Source of the DNA: Octopus sinensis | Taxonomy: Eukaryota | Direction: 5' to 3' | Assembly: GCF_006345805.1 (NCBI RefSeq) | Contig: NC_043000.1 | Span: 160,022,001-160,086,000, forward strand | Length of the DNA: 64,000 nucleotides | Shown: positions 12,470-24,515 of the stretch, piece by piece | Layout: every line of letters begins with the position of its first letter | How positions within the stretch are numbered: position 1 is the first letter of the stretch | Position numbers and translations under genes: made by a program | The notes under the pieces: model-generated | The model's input: the letters and a program-made list of their open reading frames with translations, nothing else | What the model was told of the DNA's origin: nothing | Database searches by the model: none

Positions 12470-13349
12470 TTAAACCTAATTTTATGGTTAAATCCAATAT
12501 TCAGATTACATGTAACATTTAAACTTGTTAAGGAGTTTTTCCTATGCATTTGATAGACATCTCCCTAAACCATTTTCAACTGGGATAAGGTGAAATTGTC
12601 ATATGCAACATCAAATAACTTTGAATTCCTTAAACTAACTATTAGCAAGCTGAATCTGGCATGCGTAAACTCAAAATAATATCATTCGGAATAGTGCAGG
12701 TTCTGAGAGTAGGGCAGATGGTAATGCTAGGAGGCGATATCGTGACAGATCAGATAATTCTAATTTAAGTATAAATGTGAACATTAACGGAGATAATAGG
12801 AGTAAGAACGGGAACGGTGTAAACACTGGTAATAACAGCACCGTAAATAATAGCAATGAGAATAATAGAAATAAGAATAGAAATAATAACAATAACAATA
12901 AAGGAAAGCTATGGAAATTACAAGGGGCAATCTGGCTGCAAATAATATAAATACACACAATTACAGAGAAAAGAAAGCATGTCCTTTGGCGAATGTGTGT
13001 TCGCGGAGAAATAGTATATATAAATCTACAGTGAAAAGAAGTGCACTTATATATATGCATATATAGGTGCAACTAGCGACACCTGCAAGAACCGCTGTAG
13101 GAACCATGTTACATCATTTTCAGACAGCTGAAAGAGACAATGCACATCACTCGCAAATCTTATATGGGACATTAAACGGAAGAAATACAATAGAACATGA
13201 CGTAATAGTACAAAATACATCATATAACATATTCAAAAGCATGTAACCTCTGCCTGAAAGAAATACTTGAAATAACATTATTTAATGATAATATAATCAA
13301 CAAACACTCAGAGATTATTTTAAGGTGTAAGCATGGATTTAAAAGTTGA
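12470..13349 (+). mobile_element. Degenerate Penelope/Poseidon-type PLE, 3' half (post-RT linker + GIY-YIG)
   Basis: Peptide remnants WLNPIF, DRHLP, FNWDKVKLSY, KACPLANVC..SIYKSTV, AYIGATSDTCKNRCRNHVTSF, SLANLIWDIK, KACNLCLKE..INKHSEII..CKH; interrupted by about 230 bp of AAT-rich sequence. Confidence 0.75.
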
Positions 13350-13669
13350 TTTGTGGATTTTAGAAAAAAAAATATAACATTCGATTCTATATCTATATTT
13401 ATTTATTCAAAAAGTACTTAACATGTGCTAATGAATTCTGGCAAGGTTATATTGCTGATTAACTGAGTTATTCGATAATTGTAATATTTTATACGTATCT
13501 GTGACCATCTAGTTATGTCTATCCGTTATTCACTAGAAAGTTCTAAATTAAAGCTGCAGTATCATTACTGGTAAGTTTAAATTACATTAATTATAGTGTA
13601 AGTAGAATATACTTGGTAGAATGACATAGAGAGAAACACATGGTGGAGCGCAAAAGTGGGGGTATAATT

Positions 13670-13728
<59 letters not shown>

Positions 13729-13885
13729 TACATAGATATACACATATCAGTGTGAAATAAAATATATGAATAGAGTATAATAAATGCGTTGGAGTGAAAA
13801 CTATTGATTTAAGCGAGATCAATCGATAATAGTATGTATGTTTGTATGTACACGGATGTGAATGCATAAATTTATGTATAAATGT

Positions 13886-13919
<34 letters not shown>

Positions 13920-14154
13920 GTATATGAGTAGTGTTTATCAACACTTAAATGTGGCTGTTAGTTAAGAACAGATAATACTGCGGTTTTAACCCCATGCGGA
14001 CTCCTCTTCCTGCTGGTTATTCAGTATGCCTCACATTCAGTATGCTTTGTAAGTCAGGTGTGCTTGTACCAGAATCAGTGACTGTATGACACTGTCTTTT
14101 CACTATAGGTACTTGCGACCTGAGATATACCACTGTCACCATAAAACACATGCT

Positions 14155-14307
14155 CAAAATCATGTAACTTCTGCCTGTAAGAGACACTTGAAATGATATT
14201 ATGTAATGATAAATTAATTTTACAAACACTCCGAGATTATATTAACATGTAATATGAGTCCATTACTGAGGATGATCCAAGGAGATCGAAAGCACGTGGT
14301 CTGGTGG
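14155..14307 (+). mobile_element. Second copy of the Poseidon-type C-terminus followed by a terminal hammerhead
   Basis: aaatcatgtaacttctgcctgtaagag (KSCNFCL*E) parallels 13235-13320. Confidence 0.7.
14260..14307 (+). ncRNA. Minimal type I hammerhead ribozyme, intact core
   Basis: CCATTA-CTGAGGA-T-GATC-caagga-GATC-GAAA-G-CACGTG-GTC-TGGTGG; helix I is 6 bp (two GU), helix II 4 bp, palindromic loop III, GUC triplet. Confidence 0.75.
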
Positions 14308-14760
14308 TCAAGGAGTTCGGATGGTAGGGAGTTCTCAACCCATTTGCAAAATACATCATGTGCAAGACGAAAAATTGTTCTGCTAAAAGATATCGAATTT
14401 GAAATTTTGTTACATTATATTTCATATTCTTTATTTTGTTTTTATTTCCATTGGTATATTTGTTCTATTTTGAATCTACTTGTAACGCTTTATCAAATGA
14501 ATGCTAAAAATAGAAAATGGACCTAAAAGAATGGAAAACTGGACGTGATTCAGCGGTGCACACAAAGACACTCAACTGGGCACTTTCAAGTAAACAAGTA
14601 CTTTTGTATGAGATTTGTATTATATTTAAATAATAATACGTATAATATGAAAACACATCTAACAGCAGTTACTAATGCACAGAAAGAACTGGTGGGAATT
14701 GTGATTAAAGCCCTTTTATTCCATCTTGTTTTATGTATTTCATATATATTCTTTTATTCT

Positions 14761-14970
14761 TTTATTTGTGTCAGTGATTTGACTACGACCATGCTGGAGT
14801 ACCACCTTTAGTCGAGCAAATCAACTCTAGGACTTATTATTTGTAAGCCTAGTACTTATTGTATCGGCGGTCTTTTGCCGAACTGCTGGGTTACGGGTAC
14901 GTAAACACAACACCATCGGTTGTCAAGCGATGTTGGGGGACAGACACTGACACACAAACACACACACACA
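14761..14970 (-). mobile_element. SINE family A, 3' half, diverged
   Basis: gtcagtgatttgactacgaccatgctggag...tcggttgtcaagcgatg matches the family A body. Confidence 0.8.
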
Positions 14971-15499
14971 CTGGTATATATGCACACTTGTGCATATATA
15001 CCAGTAATAAATAGAAAATGTAGTTTACTTAACACCACGCTGATATTGTCCACTATACGTAATGTCATGAAAAGCCAAAGCAAATGCTAATAAATCTGGA
15101 AATTCTAAATGGATGGAGATAAATGCTTGCTACATAAATGCAGATAAATGGCTTGTTAGGTTAAGCCAATATAATGGAAGAGACCTCTCTCTTTCAGCTG
15201 CTTTCATTGCGGTTAAATAGCACAAGTCTACTTATTACCCTCTGTGACCTCACAGTGCGTTCACACATTCTGTTGGGCGTTTCAATATCTTCAAACACTG
15301 TTGGTCGAGAAACGTCAACACTACGTAGTGTTCGACCGTTCTTTTGTTTGGTCTTATATTCTTCTATGTTTTCATAACCTCTCCTCACCAGCGTAGTCAG
15401 ATTGATCGGTGCCGATTTACTCAGCAGCAACCAAATAATGCACCATATTTATATTACGTTACCAGTAACGTTAAACATACAGAGGCAATCGGGCGGGCG

Positions 15500-15722
15500 C
15501 CCGCGCACGCATATACATATGTACACATGCACACACACATATATACATGCAAACGCGCGCGCGCACACACACACACACGCACAACCACATGCTCCTACAG
15601 ACACTCATACGCACATATACACAACACGCATACACACAAATATGTACAGATACACTTATATATATACATACACATATAGAATATATATATATACACATAT
15701 ATATATATACATACACATATAA

Positions 15723-15756
<34 letters not shown>

Positions 15757-15782
15757 GTATATATATACATATATATATATAC
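15500..15782. repeat. (CA)n/(TA)n compound tract
   Basis: Direct reading. Confidence 0.95.
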
Positions 15783-16741
15783 TTACATTACTAGAATATA
15801 ACTTAACAAAGAGGTTAATAATATTAAAAAAAGAACAAATAGATTGGTGATTATATATAACAATTAGCAGACAGTAAGATAATTGTAGGGCTTTTGCATA
15901 ACATCTTAGTTTTACATAAATATAAATTTAGAAATACTCCTCAGAAAATGCTATATTACATCATGATTATCTGTTATTTTTTTTAGTTAAAATACGTATT
16001 TATGTATAGTTCCCCTGTAGTAATAGTTTACGTAAGATTATAATTAATAGAAATTTTTTGCAACGCCAAATTTTAGTTTAACGATTAAAATTTCAATTTG
16101 CAACGTTATAATAAATAGTTCTATTATCAGTCCTTAAATTATTATTTACGTGTTGATTTAAAGTTATAGAATTCTTGTAACAATTAAATTGTAGTTAACT
16201 TTTAACATGGTTTTTGTATAATTTTAGTCTAGAATAATTTTAATACCAAATTTGTAAAGTATAAATATTATAAGTTTAATTTTTAGTTTAACATATAAAA
16301 TTCAATTTTACTGACATAAGATAAATAACGCTTTTATTTTTCATAAAAACCAGTAAATTCTGTTTGATTGCTTAATTACCTGAATAAATTAACCACGTAA
16401 ATTAATTTTTTTCCCTTCATATATATATATTTTTTTGCTATTTTCCTATTTTTAATATTTGAAGTATTTTTATAATTACCTCCCCTACTCCGGAAATCTT
16501 AAATAGAGGATAGTATTTTCTTTAGTACTCGTATTCAGTAAAGGAGAATTACCACCCATACATGGGAAATCATATAAATAACTTCACTAGCTATCATTAA
16601 TTTGCGGAGTTGACTGGTGCCCATCAAAAAGAAAAGTCATGCTCATACATTTCTTTAATATTGTTATATCTTATCAATTATTTCTATAGTATAGTGTAAT
16701 TATAATGACTACATTTATGTCATAAATTTATTTTATGATAC

Positions 16742-16829
16742 TGAAACCTGAAGAGTGGCTATGTATCCGTGGATAAAAAGAATATTGTAGATTCGTAAAG
16801 ATAGTCACGAAACACGCGTCGTCGTTTTA
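16742..16829 (+). ncRNA. Type I hammerhead ribozyme with extended helix II, intact core
   Basis: TGAAAC-CTGAAGA-GTGGCTAT-(38 nt)-ATAGTCAC-GAAAC-ACGCGT-C-GTC-GTTTTA; helix II is 8 bp with G10.1:C11.1, helix I 6 bp, palindromic loop III. Confidence 0.8.
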
Positions 16830-16984
16830 AAGTGTATTTTTTAATGTATATTATTTAGTATAGAAATTCTTAGCATAATGTTAATAATAATATATATATA
16901 TAATATATTTATATATCTTTCAGTATTAATTGAATTACTTTATGGAGGTACTATCTCTTAATTCTCTCTCTCTTTCTCTCTCTC

Positions 16985-17061
16985 TCTTATATATATATAT
17001 GTGTGCATATATATATATGTATATATATGTGTATATATACATATATATATATATAGATATG

Positions 17062-17133
<72 letters not shown>
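16985..17133. repeat. (TA)n tract
   Basis: Direct reading. Confidence 0.97.
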
Positions 17134-17136
<3 letters not shown>

Positions 17137-17516
17137 TATAATCAGTCACTGATAACAACACATTCAATGTGATAATGTACATAGAAATATATGACATTAT
17201 GTAATCTGCGATGTGAGTGAGGGCTTATATTCAGAAGGTTTCACAAATTTCATAGGAATTCGAAATAAACTTAATAGATGTCAAAATCATGGCACTCCCT
17301 ACTTTATCAAATCTGTCTGCACATATATGGTGGAGTTACAATACAGTGTCTGTGATATGTATACCTTCTACCGAACGCTTACACACTACCTACACTTAGA
17401 TCTTTGGATCTTACCTTTATATATCATTCTATATATATGTATATTGATTTGCCATGCTGGACCGCTGAAATCTACAAGTTTGTTTCATTTTCTCTCAGAT
17501 TATATTCTCTTATTCC

Positions 17517-17551
17517 TTTCTGTTGAAGAGCCTTAGTCTCGAAACGTAAAG
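17517..17551 (+). ncRNA. Variant/degenerate minimal hammerhead motif in a PLE-like terminus
   Basis: TTT-CTGTTGA-A-GAG-ccttagt-CTC-GAAACGTA-AAG; A6 is replaced by U. Confidence 0.5.
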
Positions 17552-17644
17552 ACTCTTTCATTTTATCGAGCGCCAATCTAATACACTTGCTTGTTGTTCA
17601 TACACCGGACCGGTCTTCGTCTTTTCTTTTTCTATGCATTTCAA

Positions 17645-18003
<359 letters not shown>

Positions 18004-18145
18004 ATATTTATTTTATAGCTATAAAATAAATTACCTTACTCTGCTATGTATTGAGTACCTTATTTACTGTGGTTAACCCCGACTCAAACCGGGACCTACA
18101 TATCCTAGCACACCCTAGTGCCCTTATAACCATCTCCAAGAAATA

Positions 18146-18421
18146 ATGCTGACAAGAATCGACCTCAACACTTCCCTGAAGAACATTCCTATCCCACCAA
18201 GGAAACAGTACATAAAAGCCCTCATTAGACGGACTGATGAGTTCATCAATCGAATTAGATGGAGATCGTTCTTCTTCGACCACCTTGATGTAGCTTCTAC
18301 CAATAATGAAATGTACGGCTTCAAATCTAATAAGGCTCCTCCCACCAACAGCCTACTTGAACCTTTTGAAGAAGACCTCTTCCTTATGATAAAAAATATC
18401 AAATTCAGGCCTATAAAATAA
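18146..18421 (+). pseudogene. N-terminal fragment of a Penelope/Poseidon-type PLE ORF
   Basis: SLKNIPIPPRKQYIKALIRRTDEFINRIRWRSFFF...YGFKSNKAPP..LLEPFEEDLFLMIKNIKFR matches the conserved pre-RT region of these elements; truncated at (TACA)n. Confidence 0.75.
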
Positions 18422-18489
18422 ATTACTCTACTCTATATACATACATACATGCATAAATACATACATACATACTAATATGCATACAAACA

Positions 18490-18523
<34 letters not shown>

Positions 18524-18532
18524 CATACATAT

Positions 18533-18563
<31 letters not shown>

Positions 18564-18649
18564 CATACATACACACACACACACACACTATATATATATA
18601 TAACAAGTGGAGTTGTTGGGTACCGCACGAGTGGAATTATATACGAAAG

Positions 18650-18760
18650 AAGGGGAGGCCTATAGGACGGTCGGACAAGTTGTTTTGAGAAACTTTGGTT
18701 TAAATGTTTGACAACTCAGCTCCGTCCATTAGATGAGGGGGCGTTTCGCTTGTATATATG
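18650..18760. repeat. Dispersed repeat; inverted copy at 24674-24782
   Basis: aggggaggcctataggacggtcggacaag...ttgtatatatg is the near reverse complement of 24674-24782. Confidence 0.88.
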
Positions 18761-19571
18761 CTTGTATTTATGTATTACTTAGTAATTCCCAATATATATT
18801 GACGTGTTCCAACAAACGAACACACCATCCTACGAGATCTTACAGACACACATACACATCTATTCACACCACATATGTATGTATGCATGCACACACACGC
18901 ACGCACACTCACCCCATCCTGACCCCAAAATCATTGATGCTTGAAGGAGAGACAAAAAAAGAAAAAGGGTAAATTCTTTTCAGTTCCACATTTCTCCTCC
19001 TAAAACGGACAGGTCAGCTTCACCACTATTAAAATGTAAATCTTTTTAAACTCATAATATTCTGTACGTGTATACTGAACTTTTTTAATAATTCCTCCTG
19101 GAAATTATCTTGAGATGTATAATATATTTGTTGTAATCTTTTGTGCCCATTATTTCAATGAGCTTGTTAAACTTTTTTATATTCTCAATATACTCTTGTC
19201 ACCAAAGAATGTATATTTATATGGATTATAGTACTCTGTATCAACCAATATTCTGTGCATGTTTGAATATACAGATACAATACCAATACCAATATCAATT
19301 CCTTCTGGAGACTATCTTACGCCTGTCCTTGAGAACGATTATTTATGTAGTAATCTTTTGTGCCCAATATTTTAAGGAACTTGTTGAACTTTTTTATGTC
19401 CTTAACATGTCCCTGTTACCAAAGTCTGTATATATGTAATGTAGCAATTTGCAACAACCAATAATTAACGCAACCAAACATCTTCATGTTACTTTTGACA
19501 ATCTTTTTCCAAAGAGTGAAACCGGTGAAGTAAATAAACATCTTTTAAATTGCATTTTCAAACCTTCTTTC

Positions 19572-19603
<32 letters not shown>

Positions 19604-20285
19604 CGTACATGTTGTCAGTTTTATTCTTTTAGTTTCGCAACAAACCTCTGCCAGCTTAAACATTGCACAATCTCGAAATATTATATTTAAATGAATTACG
19701 AGTTTTCTGAGTAGATTAATATGCATTTATGTATTACTTAGTAATTCCCAATATATATTGAAGTCTTCCAACTTCTTATACCTCATCTCCCAGTGGAGCA
19801 CACTGAAAAGTATTTTAACGACTATTTAAACAGCTAAATAAAGTGGCTGCCACGTTTTATTGTTTGGTCAACTTACATACCAACCATTAGTGACACAGTC
19901 AGTTGCTATGTTTGTGACTAAAAGAACAAACATTCTCTTTTTCAAATGCAGCTGGAAGATGGACATACACCGAAGCACTTAGATGTCCAAGGATATATGT
20001 TATAGCAAATGTATATCTTGTTTTAAGGCTAATTATTCTCGTTTAATGAATTCTCATAAGAATAAAATTGTAGTAACAACTGACTGTCGATTCGTTGTAC
20101 CGTCTCAGTAATTAAATATGTCATTTCGAAAGACTAATATTGCTACCTAGTTCAGTAAATATGTATGTGCATATACTTGTACATAGAAATTTATTTCTAT
20201 ATACGTATGCATGTGTACGTGTACGCGCACACACACACATACACCCAACTAACCCCACTAAACACGCACATGCACACACGTCCAC

Positions 20286-20325
<40 letters not shown>

Positions 20326-20326
20326 A

Positions 20327-22522
20327 CTAGCCTAATTCCCCTGTATTGCTCGGAAGATTAAAAAATCTTAAAAGAAGTGAATATATTTTCAGAAAGATTC
20401 TATCAGATAACGTTATTATAAACAAAATTACTAAAAATAATCCTGAAATCACTCACAGGTTAATTTGGCAGAACTTCTAAACATACAATGTTTTCAATGT
20501 GTCCTTTAATTGGTGTACAAAGAAAAAAAGAGTTTTGGGACTTACAACTCGCGAACATTCTAAATATATAAGTGCCCATGAGAGAAGCTAATAGAAGCAA
20601 GGATATGTCTAATAACGTTGACAAATTGCGCTTGAGATTTGATTATGGATATAGCAAAACTTCACTTGGAACCGGAGCCGTTTAAATTCATAGGGGAGGT
20701 CAGATAGGATTAATGGGATCCGTGCAATGAAGATATTGTCACCCTTATATTTCCAAAGAGAACTGAATTTTGGCGGCAAGCACTAAACCTCTTGTTTCAT
20801 TATCATAATTAAAAAGCGTTTATCTTTACTTTAAAAAAAGAGGTGGGGTCGTAGATGTATGACGGAGAATTATTCAATATCAGATTTGCCTTTAAAGAAT
20901 CGTTTACCTTTAAAATGAAAAGAACTAAACCGACAGATATGTAAAATTTATTTCTGTTTTTGAAAGAAAGTAAAAGATTTAGTGACTCCCCCCACCCTAG
21001 AACCTTCCCTGAGGGATGAAAAACCTTCATGACAAATTTGATAAAGATTGATCCAGTAATTTGGCCGTGAATAGAGGAAACACACACACACACTCACACG
21101 CACGCACGCACACACACACACACCACACACACACACACAAGCACACTCAGAGACAGTGAATTTTATAGACACCGTGCTTATGCAGAGCAGGTAGAAAAAG
21201 AGGTATACCACTCTAACAATGGATGAATTAATGTAGGTCGCTCATCTACTTCAACTTTCATGGCATAGAAAAGATTAGGTGCGAAGTGCGGAACACATAA
21301 ATCTGCGTCACTCTTTGACAGAACAATAGGCCGTATGGCTAAGGGGAAATTGTAGATTCGATTTCGAATCTGAGGTAGGACGAATATCCAAGTAGAGATA
21401 GTCACATAGGATTTAAATATGAAATATCGAGTGAAATGTAGCTAATCTTATTAGGACCATTCTACGAACAATTATTTGAATAACTCATGTCGATATCTCG
21501 GATCTTTTCGGTTTGAACGGCAGTTTTTTCTAGCGGTGTCATATGAAATTATCACCCATAATTATGACCCTATAATCGGTCTATTGCATTTCAATGTAAT
21601 TTAGGGTTAGGGTTAGAGTTAGGGTTAAGGGTGGGGGAAGGGTATCTTTGTTTCTTCACAAATGTACATAAACCCAATCTGTTTCTTAAACGAGGGACAC
21701 ATTCATACGGCATAGACTGCTTTTTAACTCAATAGACGTCACTGATTGGCTGAAATTGCAGAAATTAAAGAAAAACAACAACAAATATCTTACAAACTAT
21801 AGAATTTTCTCAATAAAGCCAAGAGAAAAAGATGTTTTATAAACACATTCTACCAGTATACGAAGTTTAACATTTTTTAGTTACCTAGAAATTATTTTAA
21901 AATCTGCCGTTCAAACCGAAAAGATCCGATATCTCTAACTTATATTACGGGAATATTGAACTTTAAAATTTATAAAATTTATCGTATAAATTGAAAGGTA
22001 TCCTAAAGTGTATAAGCGCGTGTTCGTATGAAGACCTTTAGTTTTTTAGAAACCTTGCTCTTTCTTTTTCTTTAAACCTCTTTTTTCATTATCACAATTA
22101 AAAATCGTTTCAGAATCGTTTACCTTTAAAGCGAAAAAACAAAACCGACGTAATTTCCAGATAGCCAAATTTAGCACACACTGATCCAGCGGTTTAACCG
22201 TGCATACAGGAAACACAGCCGCAGACAGACAGTAAGAATGAAAGTGAAACAATTAGTGAAAGAAAATATGTGAAACAATATTATAAATTCTATGAAAAGT
22301 ATCAGAATAACATTGAAACTAATATACTGCTGTAAAAAGGAAAAGTAGAAAAATCGGAAGGGTCGTATAGGGGAAGTACAGTCCCCTATAATGGCAAGGA
22401 CCAAAATTTGATCCACCTAGAAACATCCCGAAGTAATGAAAGAGTTACATGCTAAATCTGGTACAGAGTGATCCAGCGGTTTGGCTGTGCATAGAGGAAA
22501 CACACACATACATACACACAGA

Positions 22523-22554
<32 letters not shown>

Positions 22555-22560
22555 TTTGAG
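20327..22560 (-). mobile_element. Nest of Helitron-like non-autonomous fragments
   Basis: Minus-strand CTAG|T 3' end at 20327-20330 with a degenerate hairpin; shared motif tgatccag...gtg.ata.aggaaacac at 21049, 22182 and 22469; duplicated block 20790-20940 vs 22075-22150. Confidence 0.55.
21500..21927. mobile_element. MITE with 24-bp TIRs, 8-bp TSD and internal TTAGGG repeats (copy 1)
   Basis: TIR GGATCTTTTCGGTTTGAACGGCAG / CTGCCGTTCAAACCGAAAAGATCC; TSD GATATCTC at 21492-21499 and 21928-21935. Confidence 0.92.
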
Positions 22561-22716
22561 AATTTTATATTATTGGAAAACCTATATGAAATTAGCTGAA
22601 GATTACTTGACATATTATATCTGCTGTAATATTTACAGCTTTTAAAAGAATGTTATAGTATGAAACAATTGTACTAAATTACCGGATCCATTCTTGTTGC
22701 TTATTTTTGAGTATAT

Positions 22717-22748
<32 letters not shown>

Positions 22749-22924
22749 CACTGAGAGAGGGAAGGTGGAGTTGTATATACGCTCACCACATAGTCTAAGA
22801 AAAACAGACGTTCATAGACATGTATGCCAAGGCTAAGAAGTAACATGACGTCCCAATCGGGTATGACAAAGCAGTTATTTTGTGCAGTTTCATCTTTTCT
22901 CTTCTATCCCCGCATTCTTAATCC

Positions 22925-23075
22925 ATGTATGTATTTATGTATGTATGTATGTATGTATATATGTACGTACGTATGTATGTATGTATGCATGCATGCATGT
23001 ATGTATGTATTTATGTATGTATGTATGTATGTATGTATGTATGTATGTATCTGTCTATCTGTCTGTCTAGCATAT
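22925..23075. repeat. (TATG)n/(TCTG)n tract
   Basis: Direct reading. Confidence 0.96.
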
Positions 23076-23474
23076 GTCTACCTCCTCATCCTCCTTCTCG
23101 GCAACCACTGAACACAATATTCTTAGACCCTATTTGCTTACATACTTTAGTTTACCCTAAAGCCAATGCTTAATTTCCCTTCTTCACTCTATCTACCTCT
23201 CTATTGTTTTACTTTCCTTTCTTGTTACCACTTACTAGCCACCTCCGCTACCATTCTTTTTTCTCTGGATCTTTAAAATATCAGGATTTTAACACACGTG
23301 GATCTACGCAGGATTGCACCTAAGGACTTATGCATTTGTTTCTACAACATAGTAAAGTTGAACTATGAAATTTTATGCTTCTTTTTCTTCTCTTTCTTCA
23401 TCTTATTCCTTTACTCTTCTATGTCGTCATTCCATTAATATATACTCTTCGCATTTTTCCTATTTTCCCCTATT

Positions 23475-23532
23475 TGTGTCTGATGACGGAATATCCCATA
23501 CTCTGATATATCCCAGAAACAGCTGTAAGACA
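23475..23532 (+). ncRNA. Minimal type I hammerhead ribozyme, canonical CUGAUGA core
   Basis: TGTGT-CTGATGA-CGGAATAT...ATATCCCA-GAAACAGCTGTA-AGACA; palindrome ACAGCTGT, GUA triplet, helix I 4/5. Confidence 0.68.
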
Positions 23533-23611
23533 TTGAATTTTTTCCAATAATAATAATAATGTATTTGACTTGAGATGCTTGCTTTGCCTTAACATTTGTT
23601 GTCCTGTGTTT

Positions 23612-23950
23612 TAAGTAGCTTGCTTACAAACTACATGTTTACGAGTTCAGTCTCATTGCGCGGCACCTTGGGCAAGTGTCTTCTACTATAGCCTCTGGTC
23701 GACCAAAGCCTTGTGAGTGGATTTGGTAGACGGAAACTGAAAGAAACCCGTCGTATATAAGTATATATATATATATGTTTGTAAGTTTCTGCTTGTTTAC
23801 GTCCTCGTAACTTAGCGGTTCGGCAAAAATGACCGATAGAATAGGTACTAGACTCACAAAGAATAAGCACTGGGGTCGATTTGTTTCGACTAAAGGCGGT
23901 GTTCCAGCATGGCCGCAGTCAAATGACTGAAACAAATAAAAGCAATAAAA
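23612..23950 (+). mobile_element. SINE family A, near full length
   Basis: taagtagcttgcttac...ggcaccttgggcaagtgtcttctactatagcc...gcatggccgcagtcaaatgactgaaac. Confidence 0.88.
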
Positions 23951-24278
23951 TATATATATCATATATATATATGCGTACATGCATATCTGTCTATCTGTCA
24001 GTCTATGCACATAAACACACACACACATACACACACACATATATATGTATATATGTGTGCGTGTATAATAGAAAGAGTGAGAGCGAAAGACAGGGATGAA
24101 GAAAGAGAGAGAGAGAGAGAGGCAGACAGAGACAGGGAGAGAAAAAGCGTGAGTGAGGTTGGGGAAGGTTCCTTCGCACTCAGCTGTGCTCGCACCAGAA
24201 GATGGGTCTGGGAATGGAAATATGTGTCCGATGTTGACATGCGTAAGACGTCCTTCCCATAGATTCGTAGAAAATCCC

Positions 24279-24279
<1 letters not shown>

Positions 24280-24344
<65 letters not shown>

Positions 24345-24431
24345 CTATCTATCTATCTATCTATCTATCCATCCATCTAGCTAGCTAGCTATCTACCCCT
24401 CTCTTTCTCTCTCTCGCTCGCTATATATATA

Positions 24432-24504
<73 letters not shown>

Positions 24505-24515
24505 TTATATATATA
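24280..24515. repeat. (ATCT)n/(TA)n tract
   Basis: Direct reading. Confidence 0.96.

Noticed and set aside
15790-16740. Possible mitochondrial insertion (NUMT) because of extreme AT content
   Set aside because: No recognisable mitochondrial gene, rRNA or tRNA motif on either strand; the adjacent hammerhead points to a retroelement instead.
18234-18240. CTGATGA as a hammerhead core
   Set aside because: It lies inside the PLE coding frame (TDE) with no helix II plus GAAA; the same holds for 39784-39790 (TDEWYEH in R4).
21600-21630. TTAGGG repeats as a telomere or fusion scar
   Set aside because: Only 2-4 units, found at the same internal position in three MITE copies.
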